Assembly: GCF_006345805.1 (NCBI RefSeq) | Contig: NC_043002.1 | Coordinates: 100,564,001-100,628,000 of the forward strand | Direction of reading: 5' to 3' | Length of the DNA stretch: 64,000 bases | DNA from: Octopus sinensis | Taxonomy: Eukaryota | Part shown: positions 52,559 through 64,000 of the stretch, piece after piece | Layout of the letters: every line of letters starts with the position of its first letter | Position numbering within the stretch: the first letter of the stretch is position 1 | The notes under the pieces: generated by a model | The model's database searches: none | What the model was told of the DNA's origin: nothing | Seen by the model: the letters and a program-made list of their open reading frames with translations, nothing else | Position numbers and translations under genes: made by a program

Positions 52559-52638
52559 AAATATTAGGGAATAAATCCAAACTTACAGGGAAAAATCAGA
52601 TTTAGGATTGAATCCAATTTTATAGTAAAATATTATAT

Positions 52639-52695
<57 letters not shown>

Positions 52696-52809
52696 GAGTT
52701 TTAAAACAGAAAAGGTGGAGTTATAAGTAAAATGACAATTATAAAAAACAGAATGCAAAAGAAATATGTAAACTGGTTTTATAAACTAAATTACTTTAAA
52801 GATGAGACG

Positions 52810-52929
52810 ATTTGTGTGCTCGTACTGCGGGTTTCCGCTCGTACTTTAAGACAAGAATTCGCACGAATCTCGGCTCGTACAGCAAATTACTCGTACAATG
52901 GTACACTCGTACTGCGATGTTCTACTGTA
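52810..52929. mobile_element. pogo/Tigger-like MITE right end
   Basis: Five CTCGTAC repeats ending in CGATGTTCTACTG|TA, like a reverse TACAGTGGAACCTCG TIR. Confidence 0.55.
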
Positions 52930-52989
52930 TGTATATATATATATATAAATATGAATTATCAATAACTTTGACTTTTCTATTGTCAACAG

Positions 52990-53058
52990 ATGCGTCCAGA
53001 TATCAAGAAAGATGTATTCCATATGAACTGGACACCCGATGTTGTCCCTGCAGATGAG
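52990..53058 (+). CDS. BAIAP3: BAIAP3-family exon 9 (phase 0-0): MRPDIKKDVFHMNWTPDVVPADE
   Basis: ttctattgtcaacag acceptor, GAG|gtaatc donor; M..DI.K.V.H motif before MHD2. Confidence 0.92.
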
Positions 53059-53656
53059 GTAATCAATGCATTAATGTACTGTAGGTTCGGGTTACGTTAT
53101 ATTATACGGAACATTGCTTGAAATGGCCATAATTCAGAAGAATGAACTCGTGTGCCAGTGTCACCTCAATTCTCGTTTTCTTCCCCTTTTCACATCATTA
53201 TTATTATTATTATGTTTTTCCCTTCTTTCTTCAAATTTACTTCCGTTTCTCGCCGAGTGTTTTCCATATACCTAGGGCAGAGAAACTCATTGTATGCATT
53301 CCCAGATTACACGCGCAAATTCACAGATAAAATATGTATTTAAAAATTAATATATAAATAAATTCATGGATGGATGTTGTTTTCACAGCGATAATGCTCT
53401 TCTCAGTACATGAGTTGTTCCAGTTAATACGATTTTTTGCACTTCCTGTGGGGATGGTAAGCCTGGAATCATTTTCAAATAGGTTTCAGTACCTTATTTT
53501 ATCATTCCTAGAGATCCTACAATCACTGGTACTGTAGTCGCCTTGAGATGCCACATTTTTTCAATTTCTATTAGCAGGTCTTTATATTTACTGATCTTGT
53601 CAAATTCTTTCGCCGCTATATTGTGATTGCAAGGAATACTCATGTCTTATTATTAC

Positions 53657-53704
<48 letters not shown>

Positions 53705-53916
53705 GACGGCGAGCTGGCAGGATTGTTACCACGACGGGAAAAATTCTTAGCAGCAATTCGTCCGTCTTTACGTTCTGAGTTCAGATTCCGCCGAGGTCGA
53801 CTATGGCTTTTCATCTTTTCGGGGTTGATAAAATAAGTACCAGTTGAGTACTGGGGTCGCTGAGATCGACTATTTCCCTCCCAAATTTCAGGCCTTGTTC
53901 CTATAGTGAAGATTAT
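53705..53916 (+). mobile_element. SINE family A directly after an (ATT)n tract
   Basis: GACGGCGAGCTGGCAG..GTTCTGAGTTCAGATTCCGCCGAGGTCGAC. Confidence 0.88.
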
Positions 53917-54055
53917 CTTTTTTAAATTTTGAGTTTCTTGTCATCTCTTATCACCGGTTCCTAAATGTGGTCTTTAGTTTATACAAGGTAAATATTGTTA
54001 CCTTGACGACAGTACCCTCGGTATTATATGTGCTGTTTCTTGGAGGATTTATTTT

Positions 54056-55409
54056 CTTTTCCTTCTAATTTTTTTTTTACCAATATTTTATGTTTCGTTA
54101 CAGTTAGTATCTTTCTCATACTAACTGACAGGCCTTAACAGCAGACCTTAGAAACTATCTTTCTAAGAATATGACCTTTCCGGGGGTAGCAGATATTTTG
54201 GTAGACTTGCATGAGTATTTTGAAGTCCAGCCTTCCAGGTGGTATGATAGTTTGGGGCCATGGGACCTTATTCTCCGATGATAACCGGTACAACCCTTTA
54301 CTCTTACTGTTGCATTTTCTCATTTTCTTGCGATCTCTACTATTAAATCAGCATATTGTTGTTACTGCTGCAGTTTGGTTATCCATCTTTAATGATGCAA
54401 ACAGCGTAGAGCCATCAATGGTGAGGCACAGACAATTTCCAAGAACATTGACCAGGTCATTTATGAATTCAAAGAACAGGTGTAACTCAAAAGTTGAACA
54501 CTTGAGTTACTTCTATTGAATTGTTGGGTAGAGAATCAAAGTAGATATTCAAAGTAGATATTTATAACCAAAGCCTTGTGAGTGGATTCGGTAGACGGAA
54601 ACGAAGATGCCCATCGTGTGTGCGTGTATGTCCTTTTGTCTGCGTTTGCCCTCCCCACCTTAACACTTGACGATCACTTGAGTTTGCAACCCAGTAATAT
54701 GATGCTAAAACCTACATCATGACATACACAGCCCTATAATCTTAGAAAGATAGTTTCTAAGATCTGTTGTTAAGGCTTGTCAGTTAGTATGAGAAAAATA
54801 CTAACTGTAACGAAACTAAAAAATATTGGTAAAAACAAAATTAGAAGGAAAAAGAGAGACAATCGACCATTACAATTACGCAAAATATATATCTGAATTA
54901 TTATTCTCCTATGGCACGCTTTACTCAAACTGCTTAACAACTACATGATAAAATAAAGCATCAAAACAGTCTGTTAAACACGACACTATGGATGGATTCG
55001 AAACAATCCCCTCACCGAGAGACAATCTGGATTCCAGTTATTTCATAGCACGGCAGGTCGGACTGTCATCTCCTAGAATGGAACAATTTACGTGGACGTA
55101 AGCCAAAAGATATATTGCATACCCTTTGACTATGAGCATTTGGAAATTTGGCATAACATGCACTATGTCAAGCCTGAACCCTAAGGAATAGATAGAATGT
55201 AGCTTCAAACCCCTTTAAATGGAAGATCCATTAAGGTTACCCTTTCAGTTCCATACTTTGATTCTCTACCCAACAATTCAATAGAAGTAACTCAAGTGTT
55301 CAACTTTTGAGTTACACCTGTTCTTTGAATTCATAAATGACCTGGTCAATGTTCTTGGAAATTATCTGTCCCTCACCATTGATGGCTCTACGCTGCTTGT
55401 ATCATTAAA
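54056..55409. repeat. Two interleaved inverted duplications (A 54056-54172 / A' 54736-54855; B 54388-54543 / B' 55254-55409)
   Basis: Reverse-complement matches by eye: A/A' about 90%, B/B' 4 mismatches in 156 bp. Confidence 0.9.
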
Positions 55410-56335
55410 ATAAGCTGGAGAAAAGCAATACAACAGCAGCCAGCTTAGAGATATAACCAAGTTGAAAGCGTGGGCAAATGATTAGGAAGTAATATTTAAG
55501 CCATCAAATTATAAAGCAATATTTTAAAATATTGTTTTAAATTATTCAGAGAAACGAAGTTCATGGAGTGTTGCATTGCGTTCGAGTAATTGCAGGTTAT
55601 GTATGAAAAGCAGCTTCAGTTTCTTGATCTGACTGGGTCGATAAATTAAGTACCAGTTGCGTACTGGGGTCGATCTAATTGACTGACCCACTCCCCAAAA
55701 ATTTCGGGCCTTGTGCCGAAAGTAAAAAATAATATAGACATCTGACTGCGGGGGCAGATCATATGATTGAGCGGTACAAAAATGTAGAGCACTGCTAAAA
55801 ATTGTAGGAAAGCTAGAAAAATAAGGAAGAACCGCCGTTTACAAAGCATAGGCCCATAGCATTCTGGAGTAATTTGGGTAAACATCTCACTCTATATAGT
55901 CAACCAACTCTTCGTTAGTTCAAATGGATGTCGTTGGAGTCGGTGGAGCAGTTACTATGCTAAAGATTACTACCATCAGCTTATATCAGAGCAGACAGAT
56001 TACTGCAACAACAGCTTTTAACAACTCACACTCCTCCCCTCACCCACACACACACACACAAACACACACACATAAGCCACAACTCATTAGTACCCAGAGC
56101 GGTACTGTCACTGCAGTAAAGCTGACCGTTTTACAAGGGCCAGAACATTTATAACTGCATTTATACTGGTCTCTTAACCGGCGATGCTAAAACCTACATC
56201 ATGAAAAGGAGCTTCCTACACCTAGTGGGAATCGCCACTATATTTGATGCACGCCATCATCCAAAAAATTGTTTAGAGAAAAGATATATATTATCAGAAA
56301 TTATCTGTAACCACTGAGCCATGCGCCTATATGAA

Positions 56336-56681
56336 GGAGCACGGCTCAGTAGTTAGAGCGGCCGGCTAACAATCATGAAGTAGTGAGTTCGATTCCCGGA
56401 CCGGGCTGTGTGTGGTGCTCTTGAGCAAGACACTTTATTTCACGTTGCTCCGGTTCACTCAGCTGTAGAAATGATCTGCGACGTCACTGTGTCAAAATGT
56501 ATCAGCCTTTGCTTTTCCCTTGCATAACACTGGTGGCGTGGAGAGGGGAATCTGGTTTGCATGTGCATCTGCTGGTCTTCCATAAACAACCTCACCTGGA
56601 CCCGTTCCTCGGAGTGGAACTTTCTAGGTGCAATCCTATGGTCATTTATGAACGAAGGGGGTCTTTATCCCTTTTACCCTT
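56336..56681 (+). mobile_element. SINE family C, full length, preceded by an inverted 20 bp head fragment (56309-56328)
   Basis: GGAGCACGGCTCAGTAGTTAGAGCG..GAGTTCGATTCCCGGACCGGGC..GAAGGGGGTCTTT. Confidence 0.9.
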
Positions 56682-56715
56682 GTAATAGCAGTCAAATTTC
56701 CTTCAAAGCACATTC

Positions 56716-56950
56716 CACTATCTGGACATTGTTGTAGAGCTGAAAAAGAAGTAATTTCTACTCTTCTCCTCTGGAAGCCATCTACTTGCAATACCAGAGG
56801 GCGCACACTCTCCTACCCTGATGTAATCTCCAGGGATACAGGCATCCAGCAACAGGACCTCCGTAATGCCATGATGGACCGTGAAGTCTGGCGTAGCATG
56901 GTAAATTCCATTGTCTCGACCACGGTCGAACAATGATGATGATGATGATT
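56716..56950 (+). mobile_element. 5'-truncated RTE-clade LINE 3' end with a (GAT)n tail
   Basis: 56718..56936 reads LSGHCCRAEKEVISTLLLWKP..GRTLSYPDVISRDTG..AMMDREVWRSMV..EQ*, a typical RTE ORF2 C-terminus. Confidence 0.8.
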
Positions 56951-57435
56951 TAATAAAAAGACACTTTGGAGTATTGACACGACTGGAATGCTCCTGATCA
57001 TAGGTCTATTCATTCACGGCTGACCTAGGGATAAACAGCAAAAGGAGTTAAACAGCCTATCCTCTGCTAAATCCGCCACGCTTAGTGCGTCTGAACCGTG
57101 TGATCCTTTACAAAACTAATTTCCTCCTCTCAAGCCTACCACTTCTAACATTACAAGAGTATGGAATTAGCTTTCCGCCTACTTTTTACTTATAAAACAT
57201 TGATCTACAGCTGTATAATATCAACTACCGCAATCTCACTGGAGTGAAAAACTTAGGTCATTGACTTTTCATTTAAAGTTCTCTCTTGGCTCTGCTAACA
57301 AACAAACATAAAGATATGTCACCTGATTATATCTTGCGGTAAATAAATATCAGTGTTATGGAAATATTGCTGTTCACGTCAAGTAGTCTCAGCTTCTGTG
57401 TTTGAATACTCTTTTAATGTCTGTATTATATTGTA

Positions 57436-57620
57436 ATAATCCTTTCTACTAAAGGCACGAGTCCAGAAATTTTGTGGGAGGGGACTTCACTGGTACTTAA
57501 TTTATCGACCCCGAAAGGATGAAACGTAAAGTCGACCTCAGCGGAATTTGAACTCAGAACGTAGCGACAGGCGAAATGCCGCAAAGCATTTCGTCTAGCG
57601 TGGTAACGACTATGCCAGCT
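57436..57620 (-). mobile_element. SINE family A
   Basis: ATCGACCCCGAAAGGATGAAA..GTCGACCTCAGCGGAATTTGAACTCAGAACG. Confidence 0.88.
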
Positions 57621-58343
57621 ATATATTATAATAATGATAATAGAATTGGCGAAATGACAAACTAAATACTTTGAAATATTTAACTTCATTTCTTCCCGTT
57701 CTCTGTTCAAATCATACTGGGTCGTATTTACCTTTCCATTTTAGGAGTTCAATAAAATAAATCTGGTTCTTGAGTGTGGGACGTCCTGGAAAAAGTGTTT
57801 GCTTTGTATTGAGTGTTAAGTCACAATAACTCTTGGTACCTGTAAAGATTCAACCTGGGTCCACATTCTCACGCTCATTATTCCTGGTGATTACTTTAAG
57901 GGCTCACATACCTAGGGAGTTCTCAGTTACTTATGCGCAAATCCAAAGAGCAGGTCTTCAGTTGAACGACCTCTCTTCTTAGTATCGAAACAGACGGCGA
58001 TACATTTGCTATGTATGAATGTACGGCATCTTAAATCTACCGCAATGGATTGAGTTATTTGGCTGCTATTTCAAGCATTTCAAGCGACGACAAATAGACT
58101 AGTGTTTCTGTTCTCTTTTTCCTTTTTTCGTTTCTTTTTATTTGTTTTTCTCTTTGCTTTTTTTTTAAGAATGAACAAGAAACTAGTGTTCCTTGTGTCA
58201 TAAATTCACAGAGATGTTTATATGTTTACTTAATGTCTGTTTCCCTTATCACAAATATATCTCTAATCGACATCATCATCATCATCATCATCATCACTAT
58301 CACTGCTATCATTACCATCACCGCTACCATAGTTATCATAAGT

Positions 58344-58730
58344 GGAGACGCAATGGCCCAGTGGTTAGGGCAGCGGACTCGCGGTCGTAGGATCGCGGTT
58401 TCGATTCCCAGACCGGGCGTTGTGAGTGTTTATTGAGCGAAAACACCTAAAGCTCCACGAGGCTCCGGCAGGGGATGGTGGTGATCCCTGCTGTACTCTT
58501 TCACCACAACTTTCTCTCACTCTTACTTCCTGTTTCTGTTGTACCTGTATTTCAAAAGGGCCGGCCTTGTCACTCTCTGTGTCACGCTGAATATCCCCGA
58601 GAACTACGTTAAGGGTACACGTGTCTGTGGAGTGCTCAGCCACTTACACGTTAATTTCACGAGCAGGCTGTTCCGTTGATTCGGATCAACCGGAACCCTC
58701 GTCGTCGTAACCGACGGAGTGCTTCCAGTT
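58344..58730 (+). mobile_element. tRNA-derived SINE family D, full length
   Basis: A-box TGGCCCAGTGG, B-box GGTTTCGATTCCC; tail shared with the 13690 copy. Confidence 0.85.
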
Positions 58731-58905
58731 ATCATAGCCATCGTCGTTATCGTCATCATCATTTTCACCGTTATCGTTATCAATATCATATTCTTTATCG
58801 TCATAAACAATAAAGATCATAATATTAGTTATTATTACTTCAACAGGTGAGAATACACAATTACGATTCCACAGCGCTAATTTCCTGTGGTTCTTTTACT
58901 TGCAG

Positions 58906-59052
58906 GCAATTGTGGATCTCATGGAATACCTTGACAAGAACCTCGTTACCCTAAACCAAAACCTCGTCAGTGCAAACTTTAACCGTATTTTGCACTCCAT
59001 CTGGGTTGAGGTCCTCGAGGAATTCAACGATGTCATGGTTACAGAAGATATG
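58906..59052 (+). CDS. BAIAP3: BAIAP3-family exon 10 (phase 0-0): AIVDLMEYLDKNLVTLNQNLVSANFNRILHSIWVEVLEEFNDVMVTEDM
   Basis: ttcttttacttgcag acceptor, ATG|gtaagt donor; LM.YLD..L..LN..L...N..R.L..(I/L)W marks the start of MHD2. Confidence 0.95.
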
Positions 59053-59080
59053 GTAAGTTTAATCTTAGACACAGGCATCG

Positions 59081-59112
59081 TACGCGCGCGCACGCACACA
59101 CACACACACACA

Positions 59113-59195
<83 letters not shown>

Positions 59196-59250
59196 GCACA
59201 TACATGCACACGCACGCACGCACGCACACACACGCGCGCGCACATACGCA
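59081..59250 (+). repeat. (CA)n/(CG)n microsatellite just downstream of the exon 10 donor
   Basis: Direct inspection. Confidence 0.97.
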
Positions 59251-59500
59251 CATGAATATATACCCGTAAAAGTAAAAGGATATATATACCCGTACACACA
59301 AATGTGTGTATTGGAAATTACAAAAATATTATATACACAAGCACATACATACAGACACTAGCAGAAACTTTTATATTTCCAGTGCCTGTATTTAATACAT
59401 TTACTGAAGTCTGATGCGTAATTTGTGAAATTTGGTTGCTACTTTGAGCTGGTCGAGCAACAGTGATCGGCAGGTAAATAAACTTATCTGCCAATAAGTG

Positions 59501-59542
<42 letters not shown>

Positions 59543-59781
59543 ACACACACACACACATCTTGTTTATTTATCTTTCTCTAATTTATCTAATGGTTGAACT
59601 ACGGCAGCGGGGGGGGGGGAAGGAATGCTTGTTCATTAAATTCAGTGACTTAGTAACCATTAGCGTCGTTTTGAATTTAATTTTGTTTGGTGATAAGGTG
59701 ATAAATGGGATATTTTTGGTTGTGTGTGTTGACACATAATCACAATTATAAAATGTGTGTGTGTGTGTGTGTATGCACAAC

Positions 59782-59818
<37 letters not shown>

Positions 59819-59970
59819 TGTTTATGCTGTAATGAGACAAAGATGGCGTTAATGGGAGACAAACTTGCGATTTTCAGATTTATATCAATATAATTATGAT
59901 GCACACACGCACAGATATCACACCTTGTAGACGTCTTTAGCATATGTTGTACTTCAGTGATTCGAGCTTT

Positions 59971-60001
<31 letters not shown>

Positions 60002-60009
60002 ATATTTCT

Positions 60010-60022
60010 GTATGTATGTGTT

Positions 60023-60053
<31 letters not shown>

Positions 60054-60143
60054 TATATATAAACACATACATACATATATATGTATATGTATGTATGTGT
60101 TTATATATACATATATATATTATATATATATATATATATATAA

Positions 60144-60203
<60 letters not shown>

Positions 60204-60232
60204 AACACATACATACATATATATATAAACAC

Positions 60233-60280
<48 letters not shown>

Positions 60281-60297
60281 AATAAACACATACATAC

Positions 60298-60352
<55 letters not shown>
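60010..60352. repeat. Compound (TA)n/(CA)n microsatellite
   Basis: Direct inspection. Confidence 0.97.
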
Positions 60353-60353
<1 letters not shown>

Positions 60354-60456
60354 TCCTGAGCGTCTGATAATACATTACTTGTACCACGTCCTCGCGTTGT
60401 TGTTTTCATGTTCTTCTTTGTTTGGATTCGCTATATTTTTTTTATTTTTTTTTTTA

Positions 60457-60656
60457 TTTTTACTTGTTTCAGTCATTTGACTGCGGCCATGCTGGAGCAC
60501 CGCCTTTAGTCGAGCAAATCGACCCCGGGTTCTTATTCTTTGTAAGCCCAGTACTTATTCTATCGGTCTCTTTTGACGAACCGCTAAGTGACGGGGACGT
60601 AAACACACCAGCATCGGTTGTCAAGCAATGCTAGGGGGACAAACACAGACACACAA

Positions 60657-60691
<35 letters not shown>

Positions 60692-60837
60692 TATACGACA
60701 GGCTTCTTTCAGTTTCCGTCTACCAAATCCACTCACAAGGCAGTGGACGGCCCAAGATGCCACGCAGTGGGACTGAACTCGGAACCATGTGGTTGGTTAG
60801 CAAGCTACTTACCATACAGCCACACACCAATGCGCCT
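60457..60837 (-). mobile_element. SINE family B, near full length
   Basis: Matches 42268-42720. Confidence 0.92.
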
Positions 60838-61592
60838 ATATATATATATATATATATATATATGCAAAAATCATCAGCAGGTGTTATTTGAGAGTGAGTA
60901 TAGATGTGTGTGTATACACATACACACACCCATACTGACACATGTACCAAACAAGTGACGATCACAATACGTTTATACTTACAGAAAGAGGACACACGTG
61001 CTCATGTGTCTGTATTCGAGTTTGTGTTTGCGTATGTTTTAATATGTAATTATTATATGTATAATCAGCGGATTTAACTTGTTCACTGCAAATGTCAATA
61101 ACAACCTCACAGTAAATTTTATCGTTTCATCATTAATTTTCTCACAGTAAACATTCACCTTATGTATTTTCTATCTTCTCTTTGCTGTTGGCCAAGAATA
61201 TTTTTCTCATTTCTTGTAATAACTTTTAATCAAATAATGGAATTTAAAAGCCATTTTATTTCGGGAATTATGCTGCATGCTTACCAACAGAGAATGTACA
61301 TGTAATAAGTATGTGTTGAATGTGTGTTCATATGCATGTATATAAATGTATATATATATATATATATATTTAATGAAGTTACATAGCTGCAAATCTACAC
61401 ACTATCGATTCGACTATTGTAGTTTGTGTGAAGACGCAATGCTTAGCGAGTAGTCTATAGGTCTGGCGAACAAAAGGTCGTGGGTTTCAATTCATGTAAC
61501 CAGCAGCGCATTGTCTCCTTGAGCAAAGAATATCATTTCACGTTGCCCCAGTTTGATCGGCTTAAAACGAGCTGGAGTCGACTGCTGGTGCA

Positions 61593-61631
<39 letters not shown>

Positions 61632-61917
61632 ATTGAATCCTTGATTTTCTACTGGATGGGTTTCGGTGAGTGTTTAAGTCTACATTGAGTTACAGACACT
61701 CTCTTGTCACTCCCGGCGTAAAAAATGCAGTTAACCTATGATTTGTCCTTTGGAATGATATCATAGTTCAGAAATTAAAATGCAAAATAAGTTAATAAAT
61801 ATGCTCCATTATATTAGTTATTCTCCGTACCAAAAGATGAAATATAGAAACCTATTACAGAAAAAAAACCTCAAGAAAGCAGCTGCAACAAACGATCATA
61901 AATGGCTATTCTATATA

Positions 61918-62208
61918 TCTTTATATATAAAAGTGAAGTTGTGTGCTGTCTGTCTCCTACGATTTAGATTCCTAACTACTCCCACATTTTGCGGTGCAGT
62001 TTAACCAAAAGCGGGTATCTTATAGTCGTGATTCAAATCGAGCCCTTCTGGGTATTAGCGTGAGTCTACGATTAAAAAAAAATTTACCATCATTTTTTCC
62101 CATTTTTAATGCATTTTTTTAGCTATTATATAAGGGAAGTAACTCTCTAAAAATGCTTATATAGTTATTTCCCTTACAAACCCGAGCAACGCCGGGCGAT
62201 ACTGCTAG
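61918..62208 (+). mobile_element. Non-autonomous Helitron, copy 3, ending 28 nt before the exon 11 acceptor
   Basis: A|TC..CTAG|T ends and hairpin CCCGAGCAACGCCGGG. Confidence 0.88.
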
Positions 62209-62236
62209 TGTACATATAAACCTATTTCTCTTTCAG

Positions 62237-62353
62237 AAACACCAAGTTTTCTACCAACGAATGTACGATGCTTTAACTCTACTTTTAGAGTTTTTCTACG
62301 CGAACAACAAAGGTCTCAGTATGGATACAATGTTAACAGATAAACAATTCCAG
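62237..62353 (+). CDS. BAIAP3: BAIAP3-family exon 11 (phase 0-0): KHQVFYQRMYDALTLLLEFFYANNKGLSMDTMLTDKQFQ
   Basis: tttctctttcag acceptor, CAG|gtttgt donor; FY.R....L..L..FF.A...GL is the MHD2 motif. Confidence 0.94.
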
Positions 62354-62485
62354 GTTTGTATATCTTTTCACTGGATATGTTTATTCTATCGTCGACTTTC
62401 TTGTCACCATTGTCGTCGCTGATGTCATTTGTGATGTTGCTGCTCTTGTACCAATAAAACACCGTATGTTCCCTTTTTGCTGTAG

Positions 62486-62569
62486 GACCTACGAGAACAA
62501 CTGGCTCTCCATAAAGAAGACACAAGAGATCTGATTGAACAGTTCTACCAAGAGAAATTAGATGAACAG
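62486..62569 (+). CDS. BAIAP3: BAIAP3-family exon 12 (phase 0-0): DLREQLALHKEDTRDLIEQFYQEKLDEQ
   Basis: ccctttttgctgtag acceptor, CAG|gtaaac donor; L.LHK..T...IEQ.Y..KL at the end of MHD2; 132 bp upstream intron. Confidence 0.94.
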
Positions 62570-62634
62570 GTAAACTATACAAGACTTCCATTACTTAATC
62601 GAGATTTGTGTGATTAAATTTTATTTATCTTTCT

Positions 62635-62940
62635 TTTACTTGTTTCAGTCATCAGACTGTGTCCATGCTGGAGCACCCGCCTTGACATTTTAGTCGAATG
62701 AAACTTCAGTACTTGCTTTTTTTTTAAAGCTCGGTACTTATTCTATCTCTCTCTCTCTATTGTCGAACCACTATGTTACGGGGACGTAAACAAACCAACA
62801 CTGGCTGTCAAGTGGTAGTGACACGCGCACACATACACGCACACGATAGGATTCTTTCACTTTCTGTTTGCCTAATCCACTCAGAAGGCTTTGGTCAACA
62901 CTCGTCTAAGGTACCACGCTGAACCCGGAACCATGTGATC
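62635..62940 (-). mobile_element. SINE family B, diverged
   Basis: TTTACTTGTTTCAGTCAT..ATGCTGGAGCACC..GGGGACGTAAAC..GAACCCGGAACCATGTG. Confidence 0.8.
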
Positions 62941-63164
62941 CTATCACCATCAGCAACCCCCGCCTGCGGCAGAACGTGCACTAACATGCGATAGTTGCCT
63001 TCATAATATGAATCTATGTTATTGGACATACCTCGTGTTGGCTTTATCGGTCATACTCTTCCGTAATGGCTTAAGGCATGCTGGAAGAGGGTTTTAATTT
63101 TGGAGCCTTCCTTCTAGATAGACCGCAGCTGTGGAGCTCAATCTACCCTTAAAAAATATATTAA

Positions 63165-63305
63165 ATCCATAGAAGGGGTCCTGAAGGGTACTACCGTTCT
63201 GTATTAGAACGAACCCAGGAGTTATGGTAATTAAGGAGTGACTCTACGCTCCCAATCGTTCCAGAACTCCTGAACTGGCGTCTCACCACCAGATGCAGCT
63301 TAATC
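63165..63305 (+). repeat. Diverged interspersed repeat (recalled as common in octopus genomes), unclassified
   Basis: GGTACTACC..CCCAGGAGTTATGG..CCAGAACT..CTCACCACCAGATGCAG recognised from memory only. Confidence 0.4.
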
Positions 63306-64000
63306 TCTCTCTCTCTCTCTCTCGTCCCACTGTGAGAGGTATCGTGCGGAGCACACTTAATTCCCTTTCTTCAGAGGAGGAGAACGGCTGAACGAGAGGC
63401 TTTATCAACTTATAATTAAAATGGCTAGAACGATAATGGAACCGTCCAAAGACGGATTGATACGCAGAACATCACAGAACGAAAATAATTCAAACCTTCA
63501 AAGAATTTGACCCCTCCACTAGCTTCCATACAACCCAGGCCCGAAATTTATACCTCATATCTTATAATAAAAATGTTACATAGTACAAAGTTAGAAACCC
63601 AGTGTAATAACTTTCGTTGCTTCTTGGATACATTACATATCAAGATAATGGTAACGTTTTTTTTTTGTTTGTTTTTTTTTGCTATCTCTCCTTCAAAGAT
63701 TCTATGGAACTTCGTCGGGTAAAATTTACTATCAAAAAGGAAACAAATGTAACTGAAGAATAACATTTGGACAAAAAGAGAGAAAAATAGAAGCTTTTCC
63801 TTTGTATCATATATTTTTATGTAAAATCAAATGTGGTTTGACATCTTTTCAGCTAAAATCTTTGCGTAGGCTTAGAAAAGTTTCTCTTCCTTTCTGCGTG
63901 GAAGAAAAAAAATAGAAAAATCAGCTTTATTCAGAAGGGTGTGAGGAAGTTACTAGATTAAATTCTAGCTTAAAAGGATTACAGAAATCCCTTGTGAATA

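Noticed and set aside
52810-52915. Five spaced CTCGTAC motifs as a CRISPR-like or regulatory array
   Set aside because: The motifs are 7 bp with irregular spacing, lie in a eukaryotic intron, and are explained as subterminal repeats of a pogo-like MITE
59383-59473. AG..GT-bounded pseudo-exon between exons 10 and 11
   Set aside because: In-frame TAA, and exons 10 and 11 already join collinearly with the family sequence
63699-63718. Possible 20 nt exon after exon 12
   Set aside because: ILWNFV does not resemble the expected C2B linker, and the length breaks phase; the next real exon is probably beyond the window

Overview
AT-rich, microsatellite-dense eukaryotic genomic DNA. The repeat content points to an octopod cephalopod; this is an inference from recalled repeat families, not a database result. 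The window lies inside one + strand gene. Twelve small GT-AG exons (7783-62569, 1243 nt, 414 codons) splice into one stop-free frame encoding the MUN (MHD1-MHD2) region of a BAIAP3/Munc13-4-family C2-MUN-C2 exocytosis protein. Both gene ends lie outside the window. The introns hold two tandem R4/Dong-like RT+RLE LINEs in (TAA)n tracts plus an old relic, four tRNA-derived SINE families, three non-autonomous Helitrons, a HINE-like element, mariner/Tc1/pogo/hAT relics, an RTE 3' end, and a TIR element carrying a telomere-like (CCCTAA)n array. The most notable observation is a set of ORF-less foldback elements made of two head-to-head copies of a Penelope-type hammerhead ribozyme motif. Two pairs look essentially intact (24754-25346 and 26391-26554), and several others are decayed. 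Nearly all other ORFs in the supplied track are microsatellite translations. All alignments and folds were done by eye, so repeat boundaries are approximate.
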